Assembly (NCBI GenBank): GCA_054600435.1 | Contig: BAAIJX010000015.1 | Span: 372,001-436,000, forward strand | From: Neophaeotheca triangularis | Lineage: Eukaryota | Length of the DNA stretch: 64,000 bases | Reading direction: 5' to 3' | In this document: positions 35,828 through 47,282 of the stretch, piece after piece | Position numbering within the stretch: the stretch's first letter is position 1 | How the letters are laid out: every line of letters starts with the position of its first letter | Notes under the pieces: generated by a model | The model's database searches: none | What the model was told of the DNA's origin: nothing | The model's input: the letters and a program-made list of their open reading frames with translations, nothing else | Position numbers and translations under genes: made by a program

Positions 35828-37234
35828 ATGTCGCGCGAGAAGATCACGACCATTTCCCCGTCGACCAACCAACCTGTTGTCGAACGAGAGGGTCTTACCG
35901 ACGCTGAGTTTGCTGAGCTTCCCAAGACAGCACAACGCGCCTTTCTCAGGTTCCGCAAGACTACCCTTGCGGATCGTAAGAAGATAGTCAAAAAGGCACT
36001 GGACTTGATAACTGAGAGGCAAGATGAAATGGCTAGGGAGATTACGGAACAGATGGGCAGGCCCATTGGCTACACAGGTGTCGAAGTCAAGACAGCCGTG
36101 ATGAGGGGCGAGCATCTACTCAAAATCTGCGACGACGCCCTCTCCGATACACCTGGAGAGCCGCAGGAGGGCTTCAAGCGATTCGTCCGAAAGGTGCCAT
36201 TGGGTCCGGTATTGATCTTGTTCCCGTGGAACTACCCCTACCTGACGCTCGTCAACTCCCTGATCCCGGCTATCCTATCTGGCAACCCCGTCATCCTCAA
36301 GCCCTCGCCACAGACCCCAACAACCGCTGAACACATACAGAGAGCTTTCATCGACGCTGGATTGGACAAGGACGTTGTTCAAATGTTCCACTGCGGTGAT
36401 ATGAGCCAGATCGAAAAGCTCGTTCAAGCCCCTGAGATCTCGCTCGTATGCTTCACCGGTTCCGTACCAGGCGGTCTGGCGGTGCAAAAGGCGGCATCAG
36501 GTCGTGTGGATTGCAGAGTCGGTCTCGAGCTAGGTGGCAAGGATCCAGCATACGTTCGGCCCGACGTGGATCTCGACTGGGCAGCCGACGAGATTGTCGA
36601 CGGTGCCGTTTTCAACAGCGGGCAGAGTTGCTGCAGTCTCGAGCGCATCTATGTGCACGAAAGCATTCACGACGACTTTGTCAGAGCTGTGCAGAAGGTG
36701 CTAGCTGGTTACAAGCTAGGCGACCCCATGGATAAGAGCACAAATGTTGGTCCTGTTGTCTCCAAGGCGGCTGGGAAACGCATCCAGCAGCACATCGACG
36801 ATGCCATCAAACAGGGCGCCAAGAACGCAACGCCCGAGAACAAGACTTTTGCATCCCCTCCGGCAGACGGCAACTACCTTGCTCCCACTCTTTTGACCAA
36901 CGTCACGCATCAGATGGACATCATGAAGGACGAGACCTTCGGCCCAGTGATCCCCGTGATGAAGGTCAAATCGGACAATGAAGCTATCCAAATGATGAAC
37001 GATTGCCAATTCGGTCTCACTGCCTCGATCTGGACCAAGGACACGGCAAAGGGTTATGACCTTGCCGAGGACGTCGAAGCCGGAACCGTCTTCGTCAACC
37101 GTGCCGACTACCCTGCTCCTGATCTTGCGTGGGTTGGATGGAAGGACAGCGGTAAAGGGCAGACGCTGAGCAAATTCGGCTTCGATCAGTTCTCGAGGCT
37201 GAAGAGCTACCATTTGAAGGACTACCCTAAATAA
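35828..37234 (+). CDS. Aldehyde dehydrogenase family protein
   Basis: FPWNYP, LKPS, FTGS, catalytic Glu LELGGKDP, catalytic Cys NSGQSCCS, ETFGP; intronless. Confidence 0.95.
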   Translation: MSREKITTISPSTNQPVVEREGLTDAEFAELPKTAQRAFLRFRKTTLADRKKIVKKALDLITERQDEMAREITEQMGRPIGYTGVEVKTAVMRGEHLLKICDDALSDTPGEPQEGFKRFVRKVPLGPVLILFPWNYPYLTLVNSLIPAILSGNPVILKPSPQTPTTAEHIQRAFIDAGLDKDVVQMFHCGDMSQIEKLVQAPEISLVCFTGSVPGGLAVQKAASGRVDCRVGLELGGKDPAYVRPDVDLDWAADEIVDGAVFNSGQSCCSLERIYVHESIHDDFVRAVQKVLAGYKLGDPMDKSTNVGPVVSKAAGKRIQQHIDDAIKQGAKNATPENKTFASPPADGNYLAPTLLTNVTHQMDIMKDETFGPVIPVMKVKSDNEAIQMMNDCQFGLTASIWTKDTAKGYDLAEDVEAGTVFVNRADYPAPDLAWVGWKDSGKGQTLSKFGFDQFSRLKSYHLKDYPK

Positions 37235-38147
37235 AGGTTTCAGGGTATTTGAACGGCACGCGCTGTTTGTTACCGGGCCTACGGCAGCTTATGAACTCAG
37301 CATTGTGCGTTTGAGCGTGGGGTTTGCTGGGACGACATGTGCTATGAAACACTGCAGGTTGTCGCGGACGCGTTCGTGATCTTCATGCAAGGAATGTTGC
37401 ACGGCAGACGCCGGAGAGGGTGGACGGAAATTTGGGGCTTATGTAAAGCTCGAGTACAACCACATCCCCTGCAGTGTACGTAGAACAGCAACGGAATGGC
37501 CGATTTGAAAAATGTGTTCGAAACCAATGTCCAACCTTCGTGTGTCGTGACGGCAACGAACAGCAGTTTCCCCCATATCGAGAAACACACTGCTATGTGT
37601 GCTCGCAAAGGTAGGTCAAGCACTCTCTAGTCAGAGATGGCATCCAGATAAGGCTTTCATCAACATTCCAGCAATTGCCCAACCCTCGCTCAAGAATGCT
37701 TACCAGACACCACGCAAGGTGCCGCTTCGTCTCCTCGCACATGGCACATCTCCAGCTCGCAAGGAAAGGCAAAGTCCAGCTGTAGCTAAGTGCTTCTTGC
37801 TCCATTGCAATCTTGCCTTCTTCACTTGGGACACTTCATCACTCTCTTTGGTCTCCTTGACACTGAACATATACGCTCCTTCTTACATCTTTCGAATAAC
37901 TCTGTCGTCGTGACCACAGTCCTAGCTGTCTTCCATCACGCTCTCTACCTCATATTCTCTCCGACTTATCATCAGTCGTTCCTTCAGATTGCATTGTCTT
38001 ACCACCAACTACCAAAGCTACCAGTGTCTCAGACCTCACACCTCTCGACCTCGGATCAGAGACTCTGGTTGTCTGGGAAGCGCACTCAGAGACTCCGCCC
38101 GTCTGAGACCAAAAACACGACGTCCAGTCCTCTCGAGGCCCATCTAT

Positions 38148-38923
38148 ATGACCACCACCACTGCTCGTCCAACCTCCTCGGTCATCGAAGCAGGCAGTCT
38201 ATACACCATGGCCGTGAGCAAAAACTTCAACCAGAAGATGGGCGACTGGTTTCGCTACATCTTATCTTGCTGCGACAAGGACAGGGAGGAGGAAGACGAG
38301 AGACCGGCGCTGCAGATTGTACGTTAGCTGGCGAACATGCCATGGTGACTGCGGTGACGAGGGAAATTTGCTAATCCTATCCACTCGCAGAGCGGCCCGA
38401 CGGATTTCAGACGACACGACATCACCCTCACCGGCCTGTCGGAAGAGCAGTAAGTCATTCTCGCCTCTCACTCACCTTCCCCGAAGCAGCGAACGCTAAC
38501 CTCCCCCACTCATTCCGCAGACAACGCTACATCCGCGAAAAAGCGATCCACGATGCGCAACGTATGTACGCGCACCTGCAGCCACTGGCCTCATCGCCCT
38601 CGACGGCCTTCGCCGAACGACCCGCCGGCACCCAGGTCTCCTACGAAGACTTCACAACGCCACGAGCAGCTCCCGCCGTGCCGGCGCAGCGGGACTCGGT
38701 CGTAGGCCGCATGAGAGCGCACTCGCGCAAGATCAGCAATTCCCTCACCCTCAAGCCCGCGGGCTATCAGGCTGTGCAGCCCGAGGGCAGCGAGCATGAG
38801 ATGAGTGGGTTGGTGAATCAGAAGGGCGAGGAGAGGAGGAAGGAGAGTGGAAGTGGGGATAGCTTTCTTACTGGGACAGGGACAGGGGATGCGGATAGCG
38901 GTAAGGAGTTTAACAGGCTGTAA
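38148..38923 (+). CDS. Small hypothetical protein with di-Cys and CRIB-like motif (start may be 38148, 38208 or 38238)
   Basis: Canonical introns 38319-38390 and 38450-38520 join frames into ..MGDWFRYILSCCDKDREEEDERPALQI|SGPTDFRRHDITLTGLSEEQ|QRYIREKA.. Confidence 0.7.
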
Positions 38924-39285
38924 GAGGCCGCGAGATGTCTCGATGGGCCTAAGCGGTTTGTGCTGTAACATTACAACGAGGCTGCGAAGTTTGAGGCGCC
39001 TCATGGGTTTGTAATTCAAATTTCTCAGTGGGTATCATGGGGGTTATCATCCATAGACCGTTTGTCAAGAAAGCGTGCAGAGCGTGGGTGCGTCCTGTGC
39101 GATGTTGATCAGTTATCGATTGCAAGCCTTTTTAATAGAAGTAGCTGCGTGCTACCTTTGGTCCTTGATGCCCTACGCTCTACCAACGCCGAAGACTCCG
39201 TGACGCCTCGCTATGCGCATCAATTTTCCGTCTGGCTCACTGGCCGTGCCTAATCCACTACATCGCTCTGATCCGAAACAAGCTT

Positions 39286-40229
39286 TCAAGTCTCGTCCAT
39301 GGCGTCAGACTCTTGGATCACACCCTCTGGAATCTTGCCCTCCTCAAAGTCCTTCTGCAACTTCGCCATGACCTCGACGGAATCAGCTTTCTGAATCAAC
39401 TCCTTGTAGCGCGCCTTCTCTTTGGCGGTGAGTTCGATCTTCGAGCGTTTGGCCGCGCCATTAACAGAGGCCTTCATGCTCGGAGCGAACTGTGCGGTCT
39501 TCTTGGCCTTAATCGAGAGAGCGAGTTCGGTGGGCTCGTCTACAGTGCCGAAGAGCTCCTTGGCAGCGGAGCGCTCGACGTCCTTGACCTTGGCGAGGTT
39601 GAGAAAGCGAACATTTGGGTTCAGATGGATGATGTAGTGACGGAAGTTCTAATCACAGAGCGTGAGCGTTCTGGAATCGAGGGGCGTTGGCCTGGGAAAA
39701 AACGTACCTCTTTGCTTGTGACGGGGTTATCCATCAGAGCCAGATGTTGCAGCCTGGTGAAGCCTTGCAGGGGGTCAAGGTCGGCCAGCTCTGTCACGTT
39801 GTTCTCCGTCAAGACGAGGTTGAAGAGGTTCGGAACTTTATTTGCGAGATCTGGCTGGATCGTTGAAATGCGATTGCGCGCGGCCATAAGATTCTTCAGC
39901 TGGGGAAAGAGAGGAAAGCCGCCCAGATGCGCAATGTCATTGTCGGTGAAGTCGATGCACTCGGGAGCCTTGTGCTCGGTCAATACTCGCGGATTTGTGT
40001 GAGGGGGGTTCGGCGTTGCGACGTACATCTGCCGCGCCCAGGTTCTCAATCGAGGAGATCTTGTGGCCTTGTGTCAATCATTTGTATCAGCTAGCTCTTT
40101 ACCTCAAGGTGTAGTATCTGCCCTTCCCAAGGCAGCGCGGAATATCGTACCTCTCAGTTGAAGCTCGCGCTCTCGGACTGGGTTCTTGTAGACGAGCGCA
40201 TTGTTGATCGTCTCCGCCGTGAGCCTCAT
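39286..40229 (-). CDS. LEA1: U2 snRNP protein A' (leucine-rich repeat)
   Basis: MRLTAETINNALVYKNPVRERELQLRG|HKISSIENLG; IDFTDNDI, NLVLTENNV, DNPVTSKE. Introns 40068-40150, 39969-40026, 39649-39707. Confidence 0.92.
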
Positions 40230-40615
40230 CCTGGCGTAGCGAGCGTAAGAGGCGGTATAGTAATAGGAGTATCAGCGCATGTGTTTGCGCGCAGTGAGGG
40301 AGGACCGACTATGGACTGGTCGTCGTCAAGGTGAACCTTAAAGTCGCAAAAGTTGAAGAAACGCGTGACTCGCGCAATCTACGACGGCCGTGCACACCTA
40401 CAAAGCGCTAATTCCAGCGCCGGCCTTCGGTCGGTTCCGCATTCACGTGCTCATCCACGACTTCGTAGCATTTCGCCGTCGACCTCAGGAACCTCCAACC
40501 CCGTCCCCGCCTCGATACCACCAGACCAACAAACAACCCATACCTACATTTCTCGAGCCACGCGCAAAATCAATACCGGCTCACGAATCTACGCCCCCTC
40601 GAACCAACATCCATC

Positions 40616-41047
40616 ATGGGCTCCGTTGTCCTCCCTCACCTGGTCAGCGGCTGGCACGTCGACCAAGCCATTATGTCGGAAGAAGACCGGCTGGTCGTAA
40701 TCCGCTTCGGCCGCGACTGGGACACAGACTGCATGCGCCAGGACGAAATCTTGTTCAAAATCGCCGACAAAGTGCGCGAATTCGCCGTCATCTACCTCTG
40801 CGACATCGACCAAGTGCCGGACTTCAAGCAAATGTACGAACTCTACGACACCGTCACCGTCATGTTCTTTTTCCGCAACAAGCACATGATGTGTGATTTT
40901 GGAACGGGAAATAACAACAAGCTCAATTGGGTCCTCGAGGATAAGCAAGAGATGATTGATATTATTGAGAGCATTTACAAGGGTGCCAAGAAGGGGAGGG
41001 GATTGGTTGTTAGTCCGAAGGACTACTCTACCAGATACCGTTACTGA
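40616..41047 (+). CDS. DIB1: U5 snRNP thioredoxin-like protein Dim1/Dib1
   Basis: LPHLVSGWHVDQAIMSEEDRLVVIRFGRDW..DFGTGNNNKLNW..KGRGLVVSPKDYSTRYRY. Confidence 0.97.
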   Translation: MGSVVLPHLVSGWHVDQAIMSEEDRLVVIRFGRDWDTDCMRQDEILFKIADKVREFAVIYLCDIDQVPDFKQMYELYDTVTVMFFFRNKHMMCDFGTGNNNKLNWVLEDKQEMIDIIESIYKGAKKGRGLVVSPKDYSTRYRY

Positions 41048-41720
41048 AGAGGTTGAGCTACAACGAAGTATTCAATCATCTTGAGAGGGGGGAGGAAAAT
41101 GTCGGCACGATTCTGTTGTTGACCGCAGTCCGGAGCAGATGTCCACTTTTGAGTTCACACTCGAAGGCTCCACCTTCTGAGGGCTGACTCGTGGAGAGAT
41201 CAAGGCAACGACAATGGGACGGTGACATGCTTCGTGATGCTAACCCAGAGGCTATGAGGCTGGGTTCGGTACAAGAGCGCGGTGCTCTCGCTAGCTTCCA
41301 TTGGCTCACCTCAACACCTGGCGGCTATCATTTGTCACTTACACAGAGCACCCAGTCTACGAAGGGGAGTGGTGTGAGTCGGACGAGCTTGTGGCAGAAA
41401 GAAGGGTTGGTCTTACTTTGCAAATTCCTCTATTTAACATGCGCTAATCTCAATTTTTTCTGGTAGCTCTGAGACTTGTGAACACAAGAGGCAAATACGC
41501 CTCTTGTTTACTCGTTCTTTTGCAGCCTTGTGTTTCGAACTTGCGCCCTTCGAAATCGTTCTGCTCTTGGCATGCGTTTGATACTACGGGCTGAGCTACG
41601 ACATTCCTATCGAAAATGACAGAAGGGTGACAGCCCCGCTTTGTATAATTACCTTCCAATGAAGTTCAAGGGCCGATCGGCCGAAGTTTTATCCAAGCTC
41701 CTACGTACTACCTCGACCTC

Positions 41721-43913
41721 TCACGCATTGACCCCAAGCCCCACGTCCCCTTGCCTTTTCCTTCCCCGACTCTGACTCCTGACCCCTTTCGCCCTTTCAC
41801 CGCCAGCCGTCGCAGCGCGCCCATCCTCTCCGCCCAGCCCTCTCCCCACCAGCCCCTTGAAATCTACCCCAACCTCGCCCAAGACCGCCGCCTGCTCCCT
41901 GGCAACGACCAAGCACTGCTCCCTCATCTCAAACCCAACCTGTTGCCCGGCCAAATGCCGCTCAAGCACCTCATTAAATTCATCCACCCTCTCCTTCCCC
42001 CACTTAACCACGGCAGAACCCGAGCTCGGCGGGAAAGAACCTGCAAAAGTGCGAAAAGTATGCAGCAACAGCGTGAAAGTGACAAAAGCCACATCGCGTA
42101 GATACGGCTCCAACGGGCCTGTGAAAGCAATTTGCCGGGTTCGCGCTCTCACCGTTTCCGTGCGAGAAGCGAGGTAAGACGCCCGTGCCGTCTCTTCGTA
42201 ACCCAGACGTACGAGCCAGGAGACGTTTTGCTGGGTTTTGGTCATGGCGCCGCTCGCCTGGAGCAGTTGGCGGGAGATGGCTGTTGCGAGTTTGGAAGCG
42301 CGCTCTTTGGTTCTGCCGAGAACGAACTCCTGGGCTGTGGCGTTGCCTTTGATGCTGCGAGCCATTTTGCGCAGCTTTTCTGTTCGTGCTACGGCGTCTT
42401 CGAAGTGCTGGAGAGCGATGTCGATGTCGAGGGTGTCAAGTTGGCTTTCTAGTTGTCTGAGGCTTTGTTGTCGACCGTCGACGTCTATGAGGATGCTGTT
42501 GGTGCGGTTTAGGCCACCGGCGGATTTTGCTGGGTCTTCGTCTGTCGATGTTCCGTTGGCTTGTTGCCGTAGTCGTGGGTTCCGGCCTGAAAGCAGTGCG
42601 AGCTCGTCTAGTTGACGCTCTCGCTCGCCATGTTCGGCTGCTAGCTGTTTACGCAAGTCCTCCTGCGCTTTGCGGAAGGCTACGAGGAGGCTCGCTTTCT
42701 CAGCCGTGTCAGTGGTGGCGTAGGTGAAGCTTTCGTTACCAGCGCGAACGCTCAACGCATTGCTAATAGCTTTGTGCTCTCTGCTGTTGTTGTGACCCAG
42801 ATGTGCCGCAGAAGTGGATGAAATATCGGCCAAGCTGACGTCTTGTAAAGGCCAGCAGCGTTCCGCTATCAAAGCGGTGGCCTGTGACTGTTGGCCTGCG
42901 TACATGCTTTGGCGATTGGATGTGTTGGCATTATTTGTAAGATCGTTGCGTTTCTTCTCGCTAGCTACCAGGAGATGGTCGTTCAGCAGGACTAGGCAGA
43001 CCCTCCGCCTTGGCTTCCACGTGGCTGCGTTCAACTCGACCCATCGCATGCTTTCTGTGATTACGTGCCGACCCGGTAAAGCTGGCAAATATTTTTGACT
43101 CCCCTCAATGCGTTTCCAGAGGGTTTGCAAATGGGTAGTCCAGAGTGCCTCCAAGTCTGCGACCGACGATCTGTTGGCTCTTTTACGGTCTGCAAGGCTG
43201 AGAGCGTTGTCCGCGCCCTGTGCATCGCCGCCACCAGCACTTGTCGCATGACCCAATGCACCATTGAGCTCACCCAGCAACGTGCGCAAGGTTCGCATCT
43301 CCGACTTGAGCTTTTCAGCTTCTTTGGAGATCTTGACAAACTGGGTGCGGTTTTGGTAGACATTGTGCTGCAGCTCCGTGCTGGTATGCGCCTTGACGTT
43401 CTGAAGCTCGTTCTGGTATGCGATTATATCATTTTCGGAGGCATCGGCCAGGACCGACTGCACGTACTTCTCTGCTGCCAGATTCGGGTCCCTTAGCGAC
43501 CTTACATCTACCCGCAGTTGACCTGGCGGACCCCTGGAGGGGCTGCGACCATCCTTCGCTGGGCTCCTACTCTTTCCTCGTCCGCTTTGTGCATATTGAG
43601 CAGGCATCGAGGGCATGGCAGGCATGGGAGGAGCGCCATCGGGAGCAGGGGAACCGGCGAAACGAGTGCTGTATCTCCTCTTGACCAGATCCGAAGTCTT
43701 GTCGCTGTCCAGTCTCGGTTGTCTCGGCCTGCTGCCATCTCGAGGCACAGCTAGACTGCTTGTGCCAGAGGCTGTCGATTGCGCGTCCCATGCTCCCGGT
43801 CTCTTGCTATCCTGGCTGGCATCACGCGTCTGGCTGATCTGGCGCGGAGCTGATATCGTTGGCCGGGTGGTCTTCTTCCGCCGCAGCGATAAACCCTTCT
43901 TCTCTTCCGGCAT
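41721..43913 (-). CDS. EXO84: Exocyst subunit Exo84
   Basis: LQHNVYQNRTQFVKISKEAEKLK, LWKRIEGSQKYLPALPGRHV, PH-like WVELNAATWKPRR..LLNDHLLVA. Confidence 0.92.
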   Translation of the reverse strand: MPEEKKGLSLRRKKTTRPTISAPRQISQTRDASQDSKRPGAWDAQSTASGTSSLAVPRDGSRPRQPRLDSDKTSDLVKRRYSTRFAGSPAPDGAPPMPAMPSMPAQYAQSGRGKSRSPAKDGRSPSRGPPGQLRVDVRSLRDPNLAAEKYVQSVLADASENDIIAYQNELQNVKAHTSTELQHNVYQNRTQFVKISKEAEKLKSEMRTLRTLLGELNGALGHATSAGGGDAQGADNALSLADRKRANRSSVADLEALWTTHLQTLWKRIEGSQKYLPALPGRHVITESMRWVELNAATWKPRRRVCLVLLNDHLLVASEKKRNDLTNNANTSNRQSMYAGQQSQATALIAERCWPLQDVSLADISSTSAAHLGHNNSREHKAISNALSVRAGNESFTYATTDTAEKASLLVAFRKAQEDLRKQLAAEHGERERQLDELALLSGRNPRLRQQANGTSTDEDPAKSAGGLNRTNSILIDVDGRQQSLRQLESQLDTLDIDIALQHFEDAVARTEKLRKMARSIKGNATAQEFVLGRTKERASKLATAISRQLLQASGAMTKTQQNVSWLVRLGYEETARASYLASRTETVRARTRQIAFTGPLEPYLRDVAFVTFTLLLHTFRTFAGSFPPSSGSAVVKWGKERVDEFNEVLERHLAGQQVGFEMREQCLVVAREQAAVLGEVGVDFKGLVGRGLGGEDGRAATAGGERAKGVRSQSRGRKRQGDVGLGVNA

Positions 43914-44248
43914 ATCTCTAGCTTGTTATATCACCCAGGAGCCCTGAATGGTCGGAATCCCCAGTAGCGACGTAATGGCATTAGCCAGTGGTGTTGTTGA
44001 TGTTCAGAGGACTTGCACGTGCCCGGGTAGCTAGGTACATACACTAGTACCGGGCTGCTCCGAGAGCTACCGTTGGTCTGTCTCCCAAAAAAGTATGTAG
44101 GTTCATTCCCTTTCATCACTGCTCTACCTTAGAACCTTCAACAAACACCACCCAACCTCAAGAAAACACCGACGAATCCACTGCGCCGACTGCAACTAAA
44201 TCGCGGAAACCCCAAACAAAACTTCAAGGTCGTCTCCCAGCTCACATC

Positions 44249-44849
44249 ATGGCCTCGACAACCCCGTCCCAATCCATCTCGACATCAACCATCGTTCTCG
44301 CGGCTGGTGGCACAATCGCTGCCGGCTTTCTCGGATACGCAGTCTACTTCGACTACCGACGAAGGTCGGACCCCGAGTTTCGCAAAGGTCTGAAGAAGCA
44401 ACACAAGAAGGTCTCCAAGGCACAGGAGAGCGAAGCCAAGGCCGCAGAGAGGGGCCAAAAGGAGAAGATCCGCCGCGTCGTGGATGAGGCCAACGATGAG
44501 GGCTTCCCCAAGGACCCGGAGGAGACTGAGGGCTACTTCATGCAGGAGGTGGCCAAGGGTGAGGGCATGTGCCAGGATGGAAGCGACCCTGTGGATGCGG
44601 CGCTGTGCTTTTACAAGGCTTTGAAGGTCTACCCGCAACCCAGGGAACTCATCAGTATCTACGACAAGACTGTGCCCAAGGTATGTCAAGATCTCTGTGT
44701 AAGGGCCTCTCACAGAAGCGATGCTAACTGCGTTTCCCCAGCCTATCCTCGACATCTTGGCCGAGATGATTGCCGTGGACCCCAGCATACCTACCTCGCT
44801 TGGTGGATCGCGCGCCGGTTCCGACGACGGTTCTGCCAACGTCGAGTAG
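44249..44849 (+). CDS. TOM20: Mitochondrial import receptor Tom20
   Basis: GYAVYFDYRRRSDPEFRK, ALCFYKALKVYPQPRELISIYDKTVPK|PILDILAEMIA. Intron 44681-44741; TAG 44847-44849. Confidence 0.95.
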
Positions 44850-45294
44850 TCGTATCGTATCGCCCGCGGATACCCCTTTCAATCTCCAAAATGGCAGTCC
44901 TCGCCTTCGACCACGTGTTTTTACTAGCAAGAGCTTGATGGGAAAAGAGATGTATTGATGTGTGCGGGGAGGCGGCGCATGTGGCGCGAACTCTGAACGA
45001 AGAGTGTTTGCCGGAAGCATCCTCTTTCAACTCACGGCTGTGTACAAAAGCTTGTATAATACCCTACTGAAAGAATGGTCGTTCCAGAAAGAAGCGATGG
45101 CACCACTAAGACTAGGTTTGGCACTTCCTTCACAAGACTGGAACATCGGGCCATTGTTACTCACATCCTTGTTTGTTCTTGTATTCCCTGCTATTGTGAT
45201 ATACATAAGGCATTCCTAACCTCTTCTCGCTCTAAGTTTCCATCTTCAAACATATGACCAAAACCCACTGACCCAACTCACAAACCGAACCAAG

Positions 45295-46242
45295 ATGCCA
45301 GCAAAACTAGACGACCCCACCTCCCTCCGCTTCCTCTACTGCTGCATGTGCCACAGCAACTACAGCAGCATCGACTACAACGCCGTCGGCCACGCTTTCA
45401 GCATCAAAGCCCCTGCCGCTCGCATGCGCTTCACCCGTTTGCGCGAAGCTCTCGACCCGGACTTGCTCAAGCAAAAGAAGCTCCCCGGTGCCGAGGGCGA
45501 GAGAAGCAGTTTCAAGCGCAACCACAAGGGCGAGGAAAAGGGCAAGGTTGCCAAGGGTAAGACGGCTGCGAAGGAGGGGTTTGAGGGTGGTGGTGGCAAG
45601 CGTGGGGACTTCTGGGCTGGGTGGGATGCTGACGATGAGGAGGAGGATGTTGATTATGGCCGGGCTGCTGTGAAGAAAGAGGAGGAGGAGGAGGGGGAGG
45701 AGGATTTCGCCGATGAGGGACAGGTTATGAAGAGGTTGAAGAGCTGGGCCGAAGGGCTTTCGGGTCCAAGTCAGGGGGATGAGGATGCCAAGTTTGTGCC
45801 TGTCGATCGCTTTGCGAGTGTTGGCTTGGAAGCGGCGTTGGAGGCTGGGGATCAGAAAGCGCAGACTCCTCACGCTGTCACTGTCGATTATGGCGAAGCT
45901 GTTGAGCACGGCGACGCTAAGAACGACGCCACGGCAATCTACGACTGCGACGCTTTCACCGCGCCCACCACGCCCCCGGCGAAGGGTCTCGAGTTCCGTA
46001 CCAAGAAGTTCCGCACCGAGGAGCCGAGCGAGGCTACTCGTCCTTTCGAGACCGTCAGCCCGCTTGTGAACTTTGGCTTGTTTTCTCCCCCGGCTACTCC
46101 CGAGCGCGGTGGCGGTTTTGGAGATCATGTGCGACATCATGCGTACGGCGAGTTCCGCTCCAAAGCTCGCGACGAGGTGGCGGAGGAGGAGGAGGCTGTG
46201 GCGGATGATGCTCGAAATGGGGAGGCTATGGATGAGAAGTGA
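45295..46242 (+). CDS. Hypothetical protein with fungal Myb-like N-terminal domain and acidic disordered tail
   Basis: LRFLYCC..IDYNAVG....IKAPAARMRFTRLR pattern; ATG in AAGATG context. Confidence 0.65.
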   Translation: MPAKLDDPTSLRFLYCCMCHSNYSSIDYNAVGHAFSIKAPAARMRFTRLREALDPDLLKQKKLPGAEGERSSFKRNHKGEEKGKVAKGKTAAKEGFEGGGGKRGDFWAGWDADDEEEDVDYGRAAVKKEEEEEGEEDFADEGQVMKRLKSWAEGLSGPSQGDEDAKFVPVDRFASVGLEAALEAGDQKAQTPHAVTVDYGEAVEHGDAKNDATAIYDCDAFTAPTTPPAKGLEFRTKKFRTEEPSEATRPFETVSPLVNFGLFSPPATPERGGGFGDHVRHHAYGEFRSKARDEVAEEEEAVADDARNGEAMDEK

Positions 46243-47282
46243 AAAGGGAGATGCAATCAGTGAGAGCAACGGGTGCAAGGGCAGTGGTCATTATTGTCGT
46301 AAGATTAGCCGAGTTGAGTTTGCGACCATTGTTTTGCTGCTTAGTTGTACTCTCTCCCGTAGCTGGAGAATGTTTCTCATCTGTGCAACATCGTCGTCTT
46401 CCAACCGTCTTACGAGGAGCTCCAGGTATAATCTTCCGGCTGCTGACACTCAGGGTTTGAAGACGGATGACCTTCTGATTTTTTGGAGTCTCCACCTACG
46501 CTGCGAGCTTGATCAATATAAGAATTGATGATCAGCCTCAGCTCACCCTTGAACAGCTACCCCTGATACATTCGGCGCTCCATATCCTTATCTACAACTT
46601 TCCAATCTAGTTTGCACGACCAACCAACTAGAGTCTCGAGCCCACGCCCAAACGACGAAAAAGACCTGCCAGCCCCCGTAGCACTTTAACAATGTTGCGA
46701 GCCCACAGCTTCACTGCCACGTACTCGTCACACCCATTGCACAATGAGACGGCACCTACACACGAGACGAAGCTCGGATGATATAACCACACCCACAACA
46801 GTCTCCCAATAAGACAGACAAAAACACGTGCCAGTAACGAAACTGGAGCATTTCCTCGTATAATACACTCTCAACTACCCCGTCCACCGACTAGCTAAGC
46901 TAACCTCTGAAAAAAAAAAAGATGTATCCTCAGTCGCGCCCACGCGCGCACGCATCAGGGGGTATGTCGCCAATTGCAAAGGAAGAAAAGAAAAAGAGAA
47001 GACTAAAGAGTACAAACGGAAAGGGGAAAAGGAAGGGGGTTCCATCAAAAGGCAAGCAGTCGACAGCGCCGTCCTCCTCGTCAATGTACACCACGCCCAG
47101 AGTCTTTCCTCTGGTTTGTACAGATCGTGAAAACAAAACCCCACCCACCCACCCCGTGCCATCGTCGCAATGTGCAGAAAGTACGTTCCTTCAGTGGCCG
47201 GAGCGGACTCCCAGAAGGGCGCAAGTAAGAAGCCCGCCGGCAAAGGGAGGAAGAGGGAGAGAAAACTCCCCACCCTCCTTTT

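Noticed and set aside
45307..46278. 323-aa minus-strand ORF
   Set aside because: Antisense shadow of the 45295-46242 gene; the Leu-rich text mirrors GAG/AAG codons.
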